Assembly: GCF_002803295.2 (NCBI RefSeq)
Contig: NZ_PGGB02000001.1
Span: 158,810-189,643 of the forward strand
Length of the DNA stretch: 30,834 nucleotides
Direction: 5' to 3'
From: Caedibacter taeniospiralis
GTDB lineage: Bacteria > Pseudomonadota > Gammaproteobacteria > Francisellales > Francisellaceae
Positions 10,701-21,104 of the stretch are shown here, one piece after another. The notes below the pieces were generated by a model that was given only the letters and a program-made list of their open reading frames with translations, had not been told where the DNA came from and searched no databases. Positions within the stretch are counted from its first letter, which is position 1; every line of letters begins with the position of its first letter. The position numbers were made by a program, and so were the translations under genes.

Positions 10701-11693
10701 GAATAACGCCGATCTAAAAGTATAACGCTTATGCTGAGCAACAAATGATAATGGATTTGCACCTAAGACAAATTTGTCCTGATAGCGAAATAAATGCAAA
10801 TTAAACACGACATTATTAAATGTAGACTCATTGAGTAAGCTCGTTTTGAGCTCTGCTTGCGATAGCTCCCCCGTAATCGTAATAGAATCCAATCTGTTGA
10901 TGTCGCTTTCTATCGAGAAGGATAACTGTTGATCCATCAGTGGTTTGAGATTGACATAACCTGTCAGCTCATTGATTAAATTCACCAACACATTTTCGTT
11001 ATCATGCAGGGTTCCATCAAAGTAATATTGATTTTCTCTCTTCTCAATTGTTGATTCGAGATTAATTTTGCCGTTTTCACCGTGCCTCATCTTCAGTTCT
11101 TGCGGCTGAATGGCTAGGCTTAGTATGCCTTTGGCACCATTGCTTTGATGATACTTAGCATTAACACTGGCACGCCATGAAGTTGTGTTATCCTCAGAGC
11201 ATATGAGCACTTGCATGTTATCCAAAACTAACTGATTCTGCTGCAATAGATATTCTAAAACCTTAGACCATCTGCCACCAACTTCATCTATTTCCTTCAC
11301 TGAAAGCGATTGTAAAAATTGATAATCTAATTTACCTTCTTTAGGATATACGGTTAAAACAGGTTGCTCTACTACTACAGACTGGGTAACAAACTTCCAC
11401 TCATTCAACGATGCCCAAGCATTGACGTGAATAACCATCTTGGGAATATTTAATGAAAACCCCTGATCCTTAACTTTGATTTGACTAACCTCTATCACAG
11501 GGTTAACTCCACGCCAACTGGCATATTCAATTTGCAGAGAAACTTTGGAACCCGTGGCTGAGGATAGCACATCTTCGATTGAGCTTTGATAAGCTGGTAA
11601 CAGCCTCAATAACGCGTAGCCAAGCAAACAGACAGTGATAAGAAAAGTAACAAAAACCGAACCAAACCATAAAATAAATACTCTTCTTTTCAT
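7782..11693 (-). CDS. yhdP: YhdP family AsmA-like envelope protein (phospholipid transport-associated)
   Basis: 1303 aa with an N-terminal TM segment, a DUF3971/AsmA-like beta-rich body and C-terminal FDVTGSWDKPI; positioned directly downstream of rng as in many gammaproteobacteria. Confidence 0.85.
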   Translation of the reverse strand: MKRRVFILWFGSVFVTFLITVCLLGYALLRLLPAYQSSIEDVLSSATGSKVSLQIEYASWRGVNPVIEVSQIKVKDQGFSLNIPKMVIHVNAWASLNEWKFVTQSVVVEQPVLTVYPKEGKLDYQFLQSLSVKEIDEVGGRWSKVLEYLLQQNQLVLDNMQVLICSEDNTTSWRASVNAKYHQSNGAKGILSLAIQPQELKMRHGENGKINLESTIEKRENQYYFDGTLHDNENVLVNLINELTGYVNLKPLMDQQLSFSIESDINRLDSITITGELSQAELKTSLLNESTFNNVVFNLHLFRYQDKFVLGANPLSFVAQHKRYTFRSALFSLDQHRLIMNLPYLNLADFSDLIQLESSSWRKNITLAGVLSDVHFVFDLQEPDLEGVQLMANFNELGIAQSDQSFDFKGLSGELWWQKNHVKLDLNSPSFKMAKNQIFSQAWPEFSLKGEIDITKDTTSLGFSVTNLQLKSDNINFSAMGKVSVPLSNPMDFTLDILGKLQGHKLTTEYQSFLPKKGIPTSLYEWLMKCLYQAQDLDATFQIQGMAREIPYPAHNGTFKIDANINNASLSPYFGLGIAQKVSGSLHFNNEQLRAKVTQGLLANIPISGVDLSIDNIAPHIPSALNILANAQTSSQNIYEYLAQTNYKDFVDQLNRFATYQGALGVQLDIQIPLGDYDKKDQVSGRVSVQNGVINLKKPQAKSLYDVNAEIIFNNQLFTLKQFSAMWDVDTPIWGKGSVDAGNLDNPRTDLQGGIVLPLKPYFVTSLLDVSADQLVRGILPVRFAVKGGLNEGAIEISSNFLGASSTLGAPLNKTMFELMPLSFKSTWQRALQQTQEDKQPRATSLWHIDSKLDFNHETKITAGLNIDGDGVISSLSVYGNIQKLSSQFVLNLVNVVNTKNFLMAPGKESQQFVQLDMPSAHEIQNTDGCLVAANYYGCVYRRLNRLLKPKIAVTIHELDIFGASYHKLGLKTEIADGYTKLMVQTDQNQSLTIKVPHSLNQTMEVDGTNLFFPLSSSQETAGSDNVSMRLNNLLQTDILRKVPDMNVKLTHVQLGGYSIPNFVMTMKLRAGVLSIPALSAYDQNSKLFGALTLSPTGSHVEANVFSSDWGAMLHNFGYNNLLKGGSGHVEMGLSWPVLVPQCSHISGIATVNMVNGVVLSVDSGIAKYIGLLSLDSYFKRLFMPYDDFSYRGMTFNSVTGTYKLENAIATSTPSIIIDTPSFALVINGRIDLRNKQLNQRIKYQPHFSGTTAAVAGAFGGPVVAVAAYFGGKILGNTLFRNIGLISFDVTGSWDKPILKQVQ

Positions 11694-11718
11694 AAATCGC
11701 TGCTCTTTAAAATGACAT

Positions 11719-13206
11719 TTATATCAAGACAATATCATATATTTCTTGAGCATAACTTAACTCAAGCTGGAGTTTAATAGGTTTACTGATAATAATCTCT
11801 AGTTCACCCAAACCAAAAGACTCATCATTCTGCAATGCCTCAATGATCGCGCTTGATGCAACGATTAAAAAACCATTGCTTTGATAAGCATTAGCCTCTC
11901 GAGTGATTTCTCTAAAAATTTCATAACAAATCGTTTGCACTGATTTAATACGCCCCTTACCCTGACACATGGGGCACGGTTCACACAAAAACTGTGCCAG
12001 ACTCTCTTGAGTGCGCTTACGCGTCATTTCAACAAGACCAAGCTCAGAGAGTTGGGAAAAAGTAGTGCGAGCATAATCGAGCTCTAAGACTTTTTCTAAA
12101 GCTTCAAGCACTTGTGCCTTGTGTTCCTCGTCCGACATATCGATGAAGTCTATGATGATGATCCCGCCAAGATTTCGTAATCTCAGGTGTCTGGCAATAA
12201 CTCGCACGGCTTCCAGGTTGGTTTTAAAGATTGTTTCCTCTAAGTTCACCATGCCAACATAACCACCAGTGTTGACATCAATTGTTGTCATCGCCTCTGT
12301 TTGATCAATAATAATATAACCGCCAGACTTCAATGACACTTTTCTTTCCAAAGCGCGTGATAGCTCTTCCTCAACACCATACATGTCAAAAATAGGCGTA
12401 TCCGAACGATAAAGTTCCAGTTTCTCACGCACGCCAGGAACAAATTTGTCACTGAATCGGCACAACTCACTATACATATCAATATTATCAACGCGAATGC
12501 GTTCAACTTTGTCGTTTGCAAAGTCTCTTAAAGCGCGCATGACGAGACTCAAATCTTGATATACAACCCCTGGTTTAGTGACGGTACTTGCAGAATCAAG
12601 TACGTCTTGCCAGAGGTTTTGCAGGAAATTAATGTCTTTTCTTAATTTTTCCGCGGACAATCCTTCTGCAACGGTTCTGATAATAAATCCTCGTGGATGC
12701 TCAGCCCCAATCGCTTCTTTCATGACTTGCTGCAAACGATTTCGCTCCTCTTCTGACTCAATGCGCAAAGAAATACCGATGTGATCCAAGTCAGGCATAT
12801 GTACCAAATAGCGTGATGCGAGGGACAGATGTGCACTTAAACGCGCACCCTTACTCCCTAACGGATCCTTTAATACCTGAACCAGAATGCTTTGTCCTTC
12901 TCTGAGCCAATGGCGAACATCAGCTTCTTTACTGTTAAGATCAATTCCTGCACTTTCATCTGATGCAATCGGCATCACGTCTGATACATGGAGAAAGCCA
13001 GAGCGCTCCAATCCTATATCAACAAATGCCGCTTGCATACCAGGCAGCACTCGAATGATTTTTCCCTTGTAGATGTTACCGACAATTCCCCGTTGGTTCT
13101 CTCGCTCAATATGCACTTCCTGCAAGACGCCGTTCTCAATCACGGCAACCCGCTTTTCATGTGCGGCTATATTCATTAAAATTTCTGCTTTTACCATTTT
13201 AGGCAA
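11719..13206 (-). CDS. rng: Ribonuclease G
   Basis: RNase E/G family S1 domain (RGIVGNIYKGKIIRVLPGMQAAFVDIGLERSGFLHVSDV), catalytic motifs TTIDVNTGGYVG and IIIDFIDM, and CPMCQGKGR Zn-link. Confidence 0.95.
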   Translation of the reverse strand: MPKMVKAEILMNIAAHEKRVAVIENGVLQEVHIERENQRGIVGNIYKGKIIRVLPGMQAAFVDIGLERSGFLHVSDVMPIASDESAGIDLNSKEADVRHWLREGQSILVQVLKDPLGSKGARLSAHLSLASRYLVHMPDLDHIGISLRIESEEERNRLQQVMKEAIGAEHPRGFIIRTVAEGLSAEKLRKDINFLQNLWQDVLDSASTVTKPGVVYQDLSLVMRALRDFANDKVERIRVDNIDMYSELCRFSDKFVPGVREKLELYRSDTPIFDMYGVEEELSRALERKVSLKSGGYIIIDQTEAMTTIDVNTGGYVGMVNLEETIFKTNLEAVRVIARHLRLRNLGGIIIIDFIDMSDEEHKAQVLEALEKVLELDYARTTFSQLSELGLVEMTRKRTQESLAQFLCEPCPMCQGKGRIKSVQTICYEIFREITREANAYQSNGFLIVASSAIIEALQNDESFGLGELEIIISKPIKLQLELSYAQEIYDIVLI

Positions 13207-13378
13207 CTACCATGACCCAAATCTTTTATTCCAGCTTATTCTACTGAATTTCATTTGTAGCAGTAGTTTTTTTTAGGTTTTTCTCACTCATAGATGGCAA
13301 CCATACATAAACACACACAATATATATCCTATTGACCATACTCGTACTGTGTTAAATGCCAGCAATGTTATGCAACCC

Positions 13379-14509
13379 TTAATAATTTAAACTACGCGCC
13401 ACCCTCTGCTGATACCGCTCCTGGCGCTTTGTCTTATCCTGCACTTTGCCAGCAAGCTGACCGCATGCGGCATCGATATCATCACCTCTGGTTTTTCTTA
13501 TCGTTGCAACAAACCCAGCCTCGATCAAATATTGCTGAAAGCGGTGGATGCGATTATTGCTCGGTTTCTTGTATGGCGTGCCAGGATAAGGGTTAAACGG
13601 AATAAGGTTGATCTTAGCGGGAACCTGTTTTGACTTTAATAGCGTTACTAGCTCTTTTGCATGCTCTAGCTCATCATTGACATGCTCCATGAGCGTATAT
13701 TCAAAGGTGATTTCCTTGTGCGGACCTCTTTGCGCATATAATTTGCAGGCATCCATCAACTGATCAATATTATATTTCCTATTAATTGGAACCAATACAT
13801 TTCTAAGCTCATTATTGGCAGCATGCAATGATACTGCCAATGACACATCTGATTGTTCCAATAAATCATAGATGCGCGGCACGACTCCTGAGGTACTTAA
13901 GGTTACTCGACGTTTGGATAATCCATAAGCCAGGTCATCCATCATGATATCCATCGCTTTCACTACCGCATCAAAGTTCATTAAGGGCTCACCCATCCCC
14001 ATCATTACGACATTAGTAATTTGTCGATCATGCTCACTGCCTTGTTTTGAAAGTGCACGCACTGCTGTCCATAGTTGTCCAATGATTTCGGCAACACTCA
14101 AATTGCGATTAAAGCCCTGCTTGCCTGTTGAGCAAAAACTACAGTTTAAGCTACAACCAACCTGAGAAGATACACATAATGTCCCGCGAGAATCTTCAGG
14201 GATATAAACGGTCTCAACCAGGTTCCCTCCGACATCAATAAGCCATTTGTGTGTACCATCGCTGGATGGCTTGTCAAGTACCACTTTGGGGGTAACTACT
14301 TCCGCAAGCGCTATGAGTTTTTGGCGCAAATTCTTGCTCAGATCACTCATTTGTTCAAAAGAGGTCACTCCTTTTTGATGTATCCATTTAAACACCTGCT
14401 TTGCATGAAATGACTTCTCGCTGATGCTGGTAAAGTAGTCTTGCATATCTTGTTGACAAAAATTCATTAAATTCGTTTTTATTTGATCTTCAATCACTGG
14501 CTGCTGCAT
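13379..14509 (-). CDS. rlmN: Dual-specificity 23S rRNA/tRNA adenine-C2 methyltransferase RlmN
   Basis: Radical SAM CX3CX2C motif ([20 protein letters not shown]), [22 protein letters not shown] and [13 protein letters not shown]. Confidence 0.97.
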   Translation of the reverse strand: MQQPVIEDQIKTNLMNFCQQDMQDYFTSISEKSFHAKQVFKWIHQKGVTSFEQMSDLSKNLRQKLIALAEVVTPKVVLDKPSSDGTHKWLIDVGGNLVETVYIPEDSRGTLCVSSQVGCSLNCSFCSTGKQGFNRNLSVAEIIGQLWTAVRALSKQGSEHDRQITNVVMMGMGEPLMNFDAVVKAMDIMMDDLAYGLSKRRVTLSTSGVVPRIYDLLEQSDVSLAVSLHAANNELRNVLVPINRKYNIDQLMDACKLYAQRGPHKEITFEYTLMEHVNDELEHAKELVTLLKSKQVPAKINLIPFNPYPGTPYKKPSNNRIHRFQQYLIEAGFVATIRKTRGDDIDAACGQLAGKVQDKTKRQERYQQRVARSLNY

Positions 14510-14757
14510 TATCGATTACTCTATCTGGCTAACGGTAAAATCAGGGTGGACGCTCTACAACTTGGGCATTATACACGTGATTACTTTGCGTTCAATTGTT
14601 TTTATTAACTGGAGTTACCTACTTTTACTGGACTACCCCAGTTATTAATTTCACTCCCGCTAAGCGCAGCTAGGCTATGCAGACCCTCCTATAAAGGCGT
14701 AGGTAGAAGATGGTGCAACTTAATTCTTCATTTGTACGGATAGGCTTTGCTTCTAGA

Positions 14758-17700
14758 CTACTCTAAACGGTGATTTTTATTGATTTGCGCGATAATTTTG
14801 TCTTCTTCTTTCCAGCGGGCGATAAGCGCACGGCGATCTTTAGCCAAATAGCTATACACCACGGGCACAACAAATAGAGTAAACATGGTGCCAATCGTCA
14901 TCCCAGAAGCAATAACAATACCGATAGATTGGCGACTCACGGCTCCAGCTCCAGTTGCGATTACCAAAGGAATCACCCCGACAACCATGGCGGCGGTGGT
15001 CATCAAAATGGGACGCAAACGCAACGCGGCTGATTTTAATATGGCGTCAACTTTGCTGTAACCTTCTTCTTGCAATTTATTGGCAAATTCGGTCAGTAAA
15101 ATACCATGCTTACTAATCAAACCAATAAGCGTAATTAGACCCACTTGGGTATAGATATTAATGGAAGCATAACCTAAGTTAAATAACTGACCAATATAAA
15201 GTGGAATCAGGGCACCACAAATTGACATTGGCACACTGATAAGAATAATCAGTGGATCTCTAAAGCTTTCAAATTGTGCCGCTAACATTAAGAAAATGAC
15301 AATCAAAGCAAATGCAAAGGCAATGCCCATTTGATTTGTATTTTCCAGGTATTGGCGCGCGGAACCCGAGTAATCATGGATGTAGCCTTGCGGTAACTCA
15401 GTTTTTGCTAAGCTTTCCATGTAGTCAATTGCCTGACCTTGACTCACGCCTGGAGTTGTCACACCACTGATTGTTGCTGAGTTTAACTGTTGAAATCTAT
15501 TTAAACTCAGTGGCACGCTTTGGGTTTCAAAATTCACAATCGCTGATAATGGAATCAGTTTACCGCTTGCAGTAGTGATGCGAATTTGTCCTAATTGTTC
15601 TTTAGTCAGTTTCATGCTGTCTAGAAGCTCAGGAATCACCTGATAGCTATAGCCTAGCATGCTAAAGTAGTTCACATATCCGCCTGAATAAGCATATCCT
15701 AAGGCTTGAGCAGTTTGCTGCATGTTGATGCCTAAGGAGGCAGCTTTTTCACGATCGATTTGGACGATCATTTGTGGATTATCGAATTGTAAATCGCTCT
15801 GGGCAAAGACGAACAAACCGCTAGACATCATTTTCTGAATGACATCATTTGCAAGCGCATAAATGCCAGGATAGCTATTAACCGATTGAATCACAAATTG
15901 CATGGCTGGACCAAAGGAAATTCCTGGAAGGGAAGGCATTTCAAAGGTGTAAATTTGTGAGCCTGCTACATTATTAACCAGATTTTGCAGTATTGGCTTG
16001 ATTTGCATTTGTGTTTCTTTGCGCTCACTCCATGGCTTTAATACCACCCCACCAAAGCTGCTATTGCTTTGTGGGTAACCATTCACCACAAAAGTAGAGT
16101 CAACCCCTGGCAGGCTTTGCATGTCTTTGTAAAGTGCTGGCGCAAAAGTATTAAGATAATGGATGTTAGCAGGAGAAGGGGCTGTGCCTTGAATTCCAAT
16201 AAATGCCTGATCTTCCGTTGGTGCTAACTCAGATTTTGTACCCGCAAACAAGAAGTAACAGCTGATAAGCACTACTGCGCCAAATAGGATGACAACAATA
16301 CGGACACTTATGACTAAGCGTAGTGCGCGCTCATAGGCATTTTTCAGTTTCTCAAAAATTGAGTCAATAAACTTAACGGTTTTTGCCTCAGTAATCGATT
16401 TAGACAGCACTTTGGAGCACAGCATGGGTGAGAACGTATAAGCGACAATCCCTGAGATGACAACGGCGCCTGCTAAAGAGTAGGCAAATTCAGTAAATAA
16501 GATCCCCGTGAGTCCACCCATCATGCCGATCGGTAAGTACACCGCAACAAGGGTTAAGGTCATCAAAATCACGGGATTGGCAATCTCTCTGGCGCCTTGG
16601 ATAGCTGCTTCAAGAGGTGTTGCCCCTTCTTCGACATGGCGATAAATATTTTCTAAAACGACAATAGCATCATCGACCACCAGCCCAATTGCCAGCACCA
16701 TAGATAATAGGGTTAAGAGGTTAATCGAAAAGCCCATTAAAAACATCAGTAAAAACGAGCCAATCATCGATAGCGGGATGGCGACAACAGGGATGATGAC
16801 CGATCTAAACGAGCCAATAAATAGGAATAAGACAATCGTTACAATAATAACGGCTTCAATAAGTGTTTTGACCACATCTTCAATCGAAGCTTTAATGTAG
16901 GTCGTGTTGTTGTAGACAATATTCATATTCAGACCCGTTGGAAGCGTTAGCTGAATATTAGGCAACTCTTTCATGATGTGATCAACCACGGTCAGGACAT
17001 TGGCGTCAGAAGCGGTAACAACGCCCGCAAAGACTCCATATTTTCCGTTAAAGCTGACATTAGCAGTATAGCTTTGCGCGCCTAATTCTACGGTGGCAAC
17101 ATCACCTAGCCGAACGAGATTCCCGCTTTCATTTTTAACAACCAGTTGCTTATAAGTTTGTGCATCTTCTAAATTGGTGGAGGGGTTTAGGGTGATATTA
17201 AAATAAGGACCTTTGATCTGACCGCCTGCGGCGATTAAACTATTGGCTTGAAGGGCGCTCGCGATGTCTTGCGGCGTGACGTTAAAGCGTGCCATTTTGT
17301 CATAATTCAACCAAATGCGCATGGCATAGTCTTTCTCACCCCAGATAATAATATTGGAGATTCCTCCTAAGGATTGTAACTTTGGTGTGAGCTGATTCTT
17401 AATATAAGCGGTGATTTCCTGCTCGTTAAGCACATCACTGGTAAACCCAAGGATAAGTGAAGGGAAAGAGTTGCCCGATTGCATATTAATGGCTGGCGAT
17501 TGCGCGCCAGAGGGCATCTGGTTTTGTACGGCATTAACTTTTTGTACAACCTGACTTAATACATTATTGGGATCAGCGCCCAGTTTGACATTGATCGTCA
17601 GAGTACTCAATCCAAGCACGCTTTGAGATGTCATATAGTCAATACCATCTGCGGCCCCCACAGACTGCTCCAAAGGAGTAGTGATGAAGCCTTGAATAAC

Positions 17701-17871
17701 CTCAGGATTAGCACCTGGGTAGGCAGTAGTAACAGTGATTGTGGCGTTATTCATATAAGGATATTGACGCACCTGTAAGGTGAATGCCGTGCCAATGCCC
17801 GCAACCAGAATGAGTAAACTGATGACCGTAGACAGAACAGGTCTTTTTATAAAGATATCAATAAAGTGCAT
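14758..17871 (-). CDS. RND efflux transporter permease, HAE1/AcrB family (MexI-like)
   Basis: 1037 aa with IDIFIKRPVLSTVISLLILVAGI, RQYPYMNNATITVTTAYPGANPEVIQGFITTPLEQ, LVLAIGLVVDDAIVVLENI and FVVPVVYSYL. Confidence 0.95.
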   Translation of the reverse strand: MHFIDIFIKRPVLSTVISLLILVAGIGTAFTLQVRQYPYMNNATITVTTAYPGANPEVIQGFITTPLEQSVGAADGIDYMTSQSVLGLSTLTINVKLGADPNNVLSQVVQKVNAVQNQMPSGAQSPAINMQSGNSFPSLILGFTSDVLNEQEITAYIKNQLTPKLQSLGGISNIIIWGEKDYAMRIWLNYDKMARFNVTPQDIASALQANSLIAAGGQIKGPYFNITLNPSTNLEDAQTYKQLVVKNESGNLVRLGDVATVELGAQSYTANVSFNGKYGVFAGVVTASDANVLTVVDHIMKELPNIQLTLPTGLNMNIVYNNTTYIKASIEDVVKTLIEAVIIVTIVLFLFIGSFRSVIIPVVAIPLSMIGSFLLMFLMGFSINLLTLLSMVLAIGLVVDDAIVVLENIYRHVEEGATPLEAAIQGAREIANPVILMTLTLVAVYLPIGMMGGLTGILFTEFAYSLAGAVVISGIVAYTFSPMLCSKVLSKSITEAKTVKFIDSIFEKLKNAYERALRLVISVRIVVILFGAVVLISCYFLFAGTKSELAPTEDQAFIGIQGTAPSPANIHYLNTFAPALYKDMQSLPGVDSTFVVNGYPQSNSSFGGVVLKPWSERKETQMQIKPILQNLVNNVAGSQIYTFEMPSLPGISFGPAMQFVIQSVNSYPGIYALANDVIQKMMSSGLFVFAQSDLQFDNPQMIVQIDREKAASLGINMQQTAQALGYAYSGGYVNYFSMLGYSYQVIPELLDSMKLTKEQLGQIRITTASGKLIPLSAIVNFETQSVPLSLNRFQQLNSATISGVTTPGVSQGQAIDYMESLAKTELPQGYIHDYSGSARQYLENTNQMGIAFAFALIVIFLMLAAQFESFRDPLIILISVPMSICGALIPLYIGQLFNLGYASINIYTQVGLITLIGLISKHGILLTEFANKLQEEGYSKVDAILKSAALRLRPILMTTAAMVVGVIPLVIATGAGAVSRQSIGIVIASGMTIGTMFTLFVVPVVYSYLAKDRRALIARWKEEDKIIAQINKNHRLE

Positions 17872-17882
17872 ATGCCTGTTCC

Positions 17883-19088
17883 CTATGGGTTATTCTTGAA
17901 ATTAAAGTCGTTATTGATAGTCACACTGCCACCATTATGCAGCTTGTTCTGACCTGAAGTTACTACGATATCATTCGCTTTAATGCCCTCAACAATCACC
18001 TTGTTATCGTTTGTCATCGTTGTTTTAACCGGCATTTGTTTGGCTGTATATTGTTGCTTGCCCGTTGAAATCATCTCAGCATGACCATCTTTCATTTCAC
18101 TATATTCAGCTATTACAGGCTTTCCCTCTTGATAGTCTGGTTGAAGAACATAGACTGTTTCGCCATAAAGTGTGTAGCTTACCGCATTTCTGGGAATAAT
18201 GATGGTATTCTCTATAGGCGGTAAAATAAGGCTGACATCGAGGAACATTCCAGGATAAATCATGTGTGCCTGGTCTTTGTTGTCATAGGTTGCCTGGACG
18301 TTAATCGCGCGATTATTGCTGGTAATTTCTGAATTTATCGCTGTGATTTTAGCTTTAAAAGTAACTCCAGGGTAAGTGTCGCTGGTAAATTCAATTTCAC
18401 CGCTAACTTTCACATCGCTTAAGTTATTTTGGGTAATAGTGAAGTTAATATAGATAGGGGAAATTTCAGTTAAAGTTGCGGCATTACTCCCTGCGCTAAA
18501 GTATTGTCCCAGACTAATATTTCTTAATCCAATTTTGCCATCAAAGGGTGCTTTGACAATGTGATAATTAATGTTTGCCTGGATAGATTCAACATTGGCA
18601 AGATTAGCCTCGTATTGCGCTTTTGATTGATCGGCTGTTTGTTGAGATACGGCTTGTTGCTTTAAGAGATCAAGATCGCGCTGATAGGTGATCTTGGCAA
18701 GTGATAGATTAGCTTCTGCCTGTTTTAATTGAGCTTGGAGCTGTTGTGTGTCTAATGTGAATAAAACTTCGCCTTTTTTCACCATCTGTCCTGCTTCAAA
18801 AGAAATTGACGAAACCAAACCCGTAGCTTGTGCCGTAACGCTGACATTTTGAATTGCAACGGCCTCACCGATGGTTTTGACACTTGGATACCACGTTTCA
18901 GCACTTGCTTTACTCGCGGTGACTTCAGGGGGTTGCATTTTCCATGTTGCCATCGCCGCAGCTTTTTTACCGTTGACAAAACCAGTAAAGCCAAAGATGC
19001 CGCCAAAAATAACAATGAGTATGGCAACGACGATGATAAAAGCTTTGACCAGCTTTTTCTTGGGTGCTTTTAGAGAGAGTTCTGTCAT
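17883..19088 (-). CDS. RND efflux periplasmic adaptor subunit (HlyD/MFP family)
   Basis: N-terminal TM, VSVTAQATGLVSSISFEAGQMVKKGEVLFTLD biotinyl-lipoyl-like motif, NYHIVKAPFDGKIGLRNISLGQYF, coiled-coil and C-terminal barrel. Start refined to 19088 (MTELSLKAPKKK). Confidence 0.92.
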   Translation of the reverse strand: MTELSLKAPKKKLVKAFIIVVAILIVIFGGIFGFTGFVNGKKAAAMATWKMQPPEVTASKASAETWYPSVKTIGEAVAIQNVSVTAQATGLVSSISFEAGQMVKKGEVLFTLDTQQLQAQLKQAEANLSLAKITYQRDLDLLKQQAVSQQTADQSKAQYEANLANVESIQANINYHIVKAPFDGKIGLRNISLGQYFSAGSNAATLTEISPIYINFTITQNNLSDVKVSGEIEFTSDTYPGVTFKAKITAINSEITSNNRAINVQATYDNKDQAHMIYPGMFLDVSLILPPIENTIIIPRNAVSYTLYGETVYVLQPDYQEGKPVIAEYSEMKDGHAEMISTGKQQYTAKQMPVKTTMTNDNKVIVEGIKANDIVVTSGQNKLHNGGSVTINNDFNFKNNP

Positions 19089-19098
19089 GATGGATCCT

Positions 19099-19617
19099 TT
19101 AATTTTCGTTTTTTCTAAGATGATTGGAGGCGTTATAAAATAAAAATTGCCAAAAATGTAGCACACAAAGGGTGGTAAAGACAATAAAACTATAGGCGGC
19201 CATACTTAAACCAAAGAGCTGCCAGTCAACCTGTGAACAATCAGGACCGCTCATAAAAAGCGATTTAAGGAAATCAAGAAAGGGCAGATTTTGAAATAAG
19301 CTGTCAATACCTGCCTTGCAGCTGCCTGCATATTGGCTGGCATGGATTTGCATCCAAACTTGTTTTAAGGCGATCAGGGCTCCCAGTATAGCAACAACGC
19401 CGATAACAAAACTATAAATTCGCACGCCAGTGGTGTGAGGTTTATGGATAAGCGCGATCAAAGCAAAAACCGTGATAAGTAAAATGGCAAATTGCTGCAA
19501 TAAACACATGGGGCATGGCTTTAAGCCTGTCAGTTCAAAGTAAATGATTCCACCAATCACCAGAAGACCAATGATAAAGGTCTTAATATATAATTGTGGG
19601 CTTTTAAATCCGTGCAT
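19099..19617 (-). CDS. dsbB: Disulfide bond formation protein B
   Basis: Four predicted TM segments, CPMC motif (KPCPMCLLQQFAI) and a second periplasmic cysteine pair (GSCKAGI...GPDCSQVDW). Confidence 0.92.
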   Translation of the reverse strand: MHGFKSPQLYIKTFIIGLLVIGGIIYFELTGLKPCPMCLLQQFAILLITVFALIALIHKPHTTGVRIYSFVIGVVAILGALIALKQVWMQIHASQYAGSCKAGIDSLFQNLPFLDFLKSLFMSGPDCSQVDWQLFGLSMAAYSFIVFTTLCVLHFWQFLFYNASNHLRKNEN

Positions 19618-19775
19618 TGAGCGTCCCTTAGTGTTGAATTGTTTTTGCTGCCATTATAAATAAAAAAGCTGTGAAGTCATTAGCTTCCACCGCAGATGCT
19701 ATATATACCCATCGCAAATCATTCCACCCGACCACGCTCTCTGGAGTGTGCAGGTATGGGTGCTAGTGACTAGCC

Positions 19776-21104
19776 TTAGTGAACAGGGATAGTATTATTA
19801 TCGGCAGGGCTTGGGATGGTTTGCATTTTAAATGATAATGCCAGGCAAACACAAAATAAGGCAATAATAAGAATGAAAATCTTCTGGTAAATATCGGCTG
19901 GATATTGGTGAGCATGTTGCATCTCTGGTGTACTGGTGATGTGAATAAGTATCCCAACGATTTGAATGCTAATGGCGCCAAGCAGTACTGAGAACATATT
20001 AGTAATTCCAAGAGAGATGCCTGAGAAATGCCGTGGCACAAGCAAAGCCGAACGGTTATACGATGGGATAATGCCTGCGTTACAAATTCCATAGCAAAAA
20101 TAAACCATTTGCAACTCAAACGTTGATAAACCAGGAACATATATGATGATAATCATAAAAATAAGGCAAAAAAGCGCCGATAAACGCATGAGATAAAGTG
20201 CATTACAAAGGCTGTTTAGAAAACCAAATAACGGGCAACCAAATACCATACCAATAAAAATTAGGCTTGTAGTAAAAGCCGCATCAGCGTGTGTCAAGCC
20301 GCGAAAGCTCTCCGTAAATGACGCTCCCCACATTTCAGCAAATACCGTTGTCGGACCATACAGGCAACCAATGAAAATGCAATTTGCCCATAACCCTTTG
20401 TTGCGTAGAATTTCTTTGACTCCGTGTAAAATTAAAGAGGGGGTTTGCTGGGCGCTGTGCAAGTGATGTGCTTTGATATATCGACTAAGCCATAGCATCA
20501 AAAAACCAATGACAAAAAACAGCCCTGCAAAACTTAACATGGCAAAACTCACGCCAACCTGGTCAACATAAAGACTCATCGGAGCCTCTCCTACAGCAGC
20601 CCCAAGCATACCCATCGCTTGGGTAATCCCCGTTAGCATGGCAAAAATATTTGGAGTAAAAAAATTGATGGCAAGGCGCAGGGTTCCCACAAACGCAAAC
20701 GCGCCACAAAATCCCATCAGCATGCGGGCGACAATGGCAAGTGTCAAGCTATGCGCTAAGGCAAATATGATGCAGGCAATCCCAGTTAAGAAGGCGGCAA
20801 ACATCATCACTTTTTTGGGTCCAAACTTATCAGTGATCATCCCAACCGGAATTTGCATCAGGATATAAGGGTAATAAAAAAAGGCGGATAAAGCCCCAAG
20901 ACCTACAGCAGTGATAGAAAATCTATCGGAAAGTTCGGGTAGCATAACGCTCGGGGAGACGCGCAAAAAATATTCACAGAAGAAGAAAAATGCGCCTAAA
21001 AACCAGATAAAGAGTGCCAGATGTGTTTTATTAGTCGTTTTCAAAATCATAGCCATTTTCATTGAGCGAAGGCGTATTATGGGGTTAGTATAAATGGATT
21101 GCAA
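19776..21104 (-). CDS. MFS transporter
   Basis: 12-TM protein with the MFS inter-TM2/3 motif (GMITDKFGPKKVM), FLRVSPSVMLPELSDRF and ARMLMGFCGAFAF; substrate not assignable. Confidence 0.85.
   Translation of the reverse strand: MQSIYTNPIIRLRSMKMAMILKTTNKTHLALFIWFLGAFFFFCEYFLRVSPSVMLPELSDRFSITAVGLGALSAFFYYPYILMQIPVGMITDKFGPKKVMMFAAFLTGIACIIFALAHSLTLAIVARMLMGFCGAFAFVGTLRLAINFFTPNIFAMLTGITQAMGMLGAAVGEAPMSLYVDQVGVSFAMLSFAGLFFVIGFLMLWLSRYIKAHHLHSAQQTPSLILHGVKEILRNKGLWANCIFIGCLYGPTTVFAEMWGASFTESFRGLTHADAAFTTSLIFIGMVFGCPLFGFLNSLCNALYLMRLSALFCLIFMIIIIYVPGLSTFELQMVYFCYGICNAGIIPSYNRSALLVPRHFSGISLGITNMFSVLLGAISIQIVGILIHITSTPEMQHAHQYPADIYQKIFILIIALFCVCLALSFKMQTIPSPADNNTIPVH

Noticed and set aside
12330-13276. 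Small ORFs overlapping rng
   Set aside because: Alternate-frame/antisense ORFs within a well-identified RNase G gene.
19763-20140. Minus-strand ORF of 125 aa overlapping the MFS gene
   Set aside because: Lies in an alternate frame inside the clearly coding MFS transporter gene (19776-21104) and has no recognisable features.
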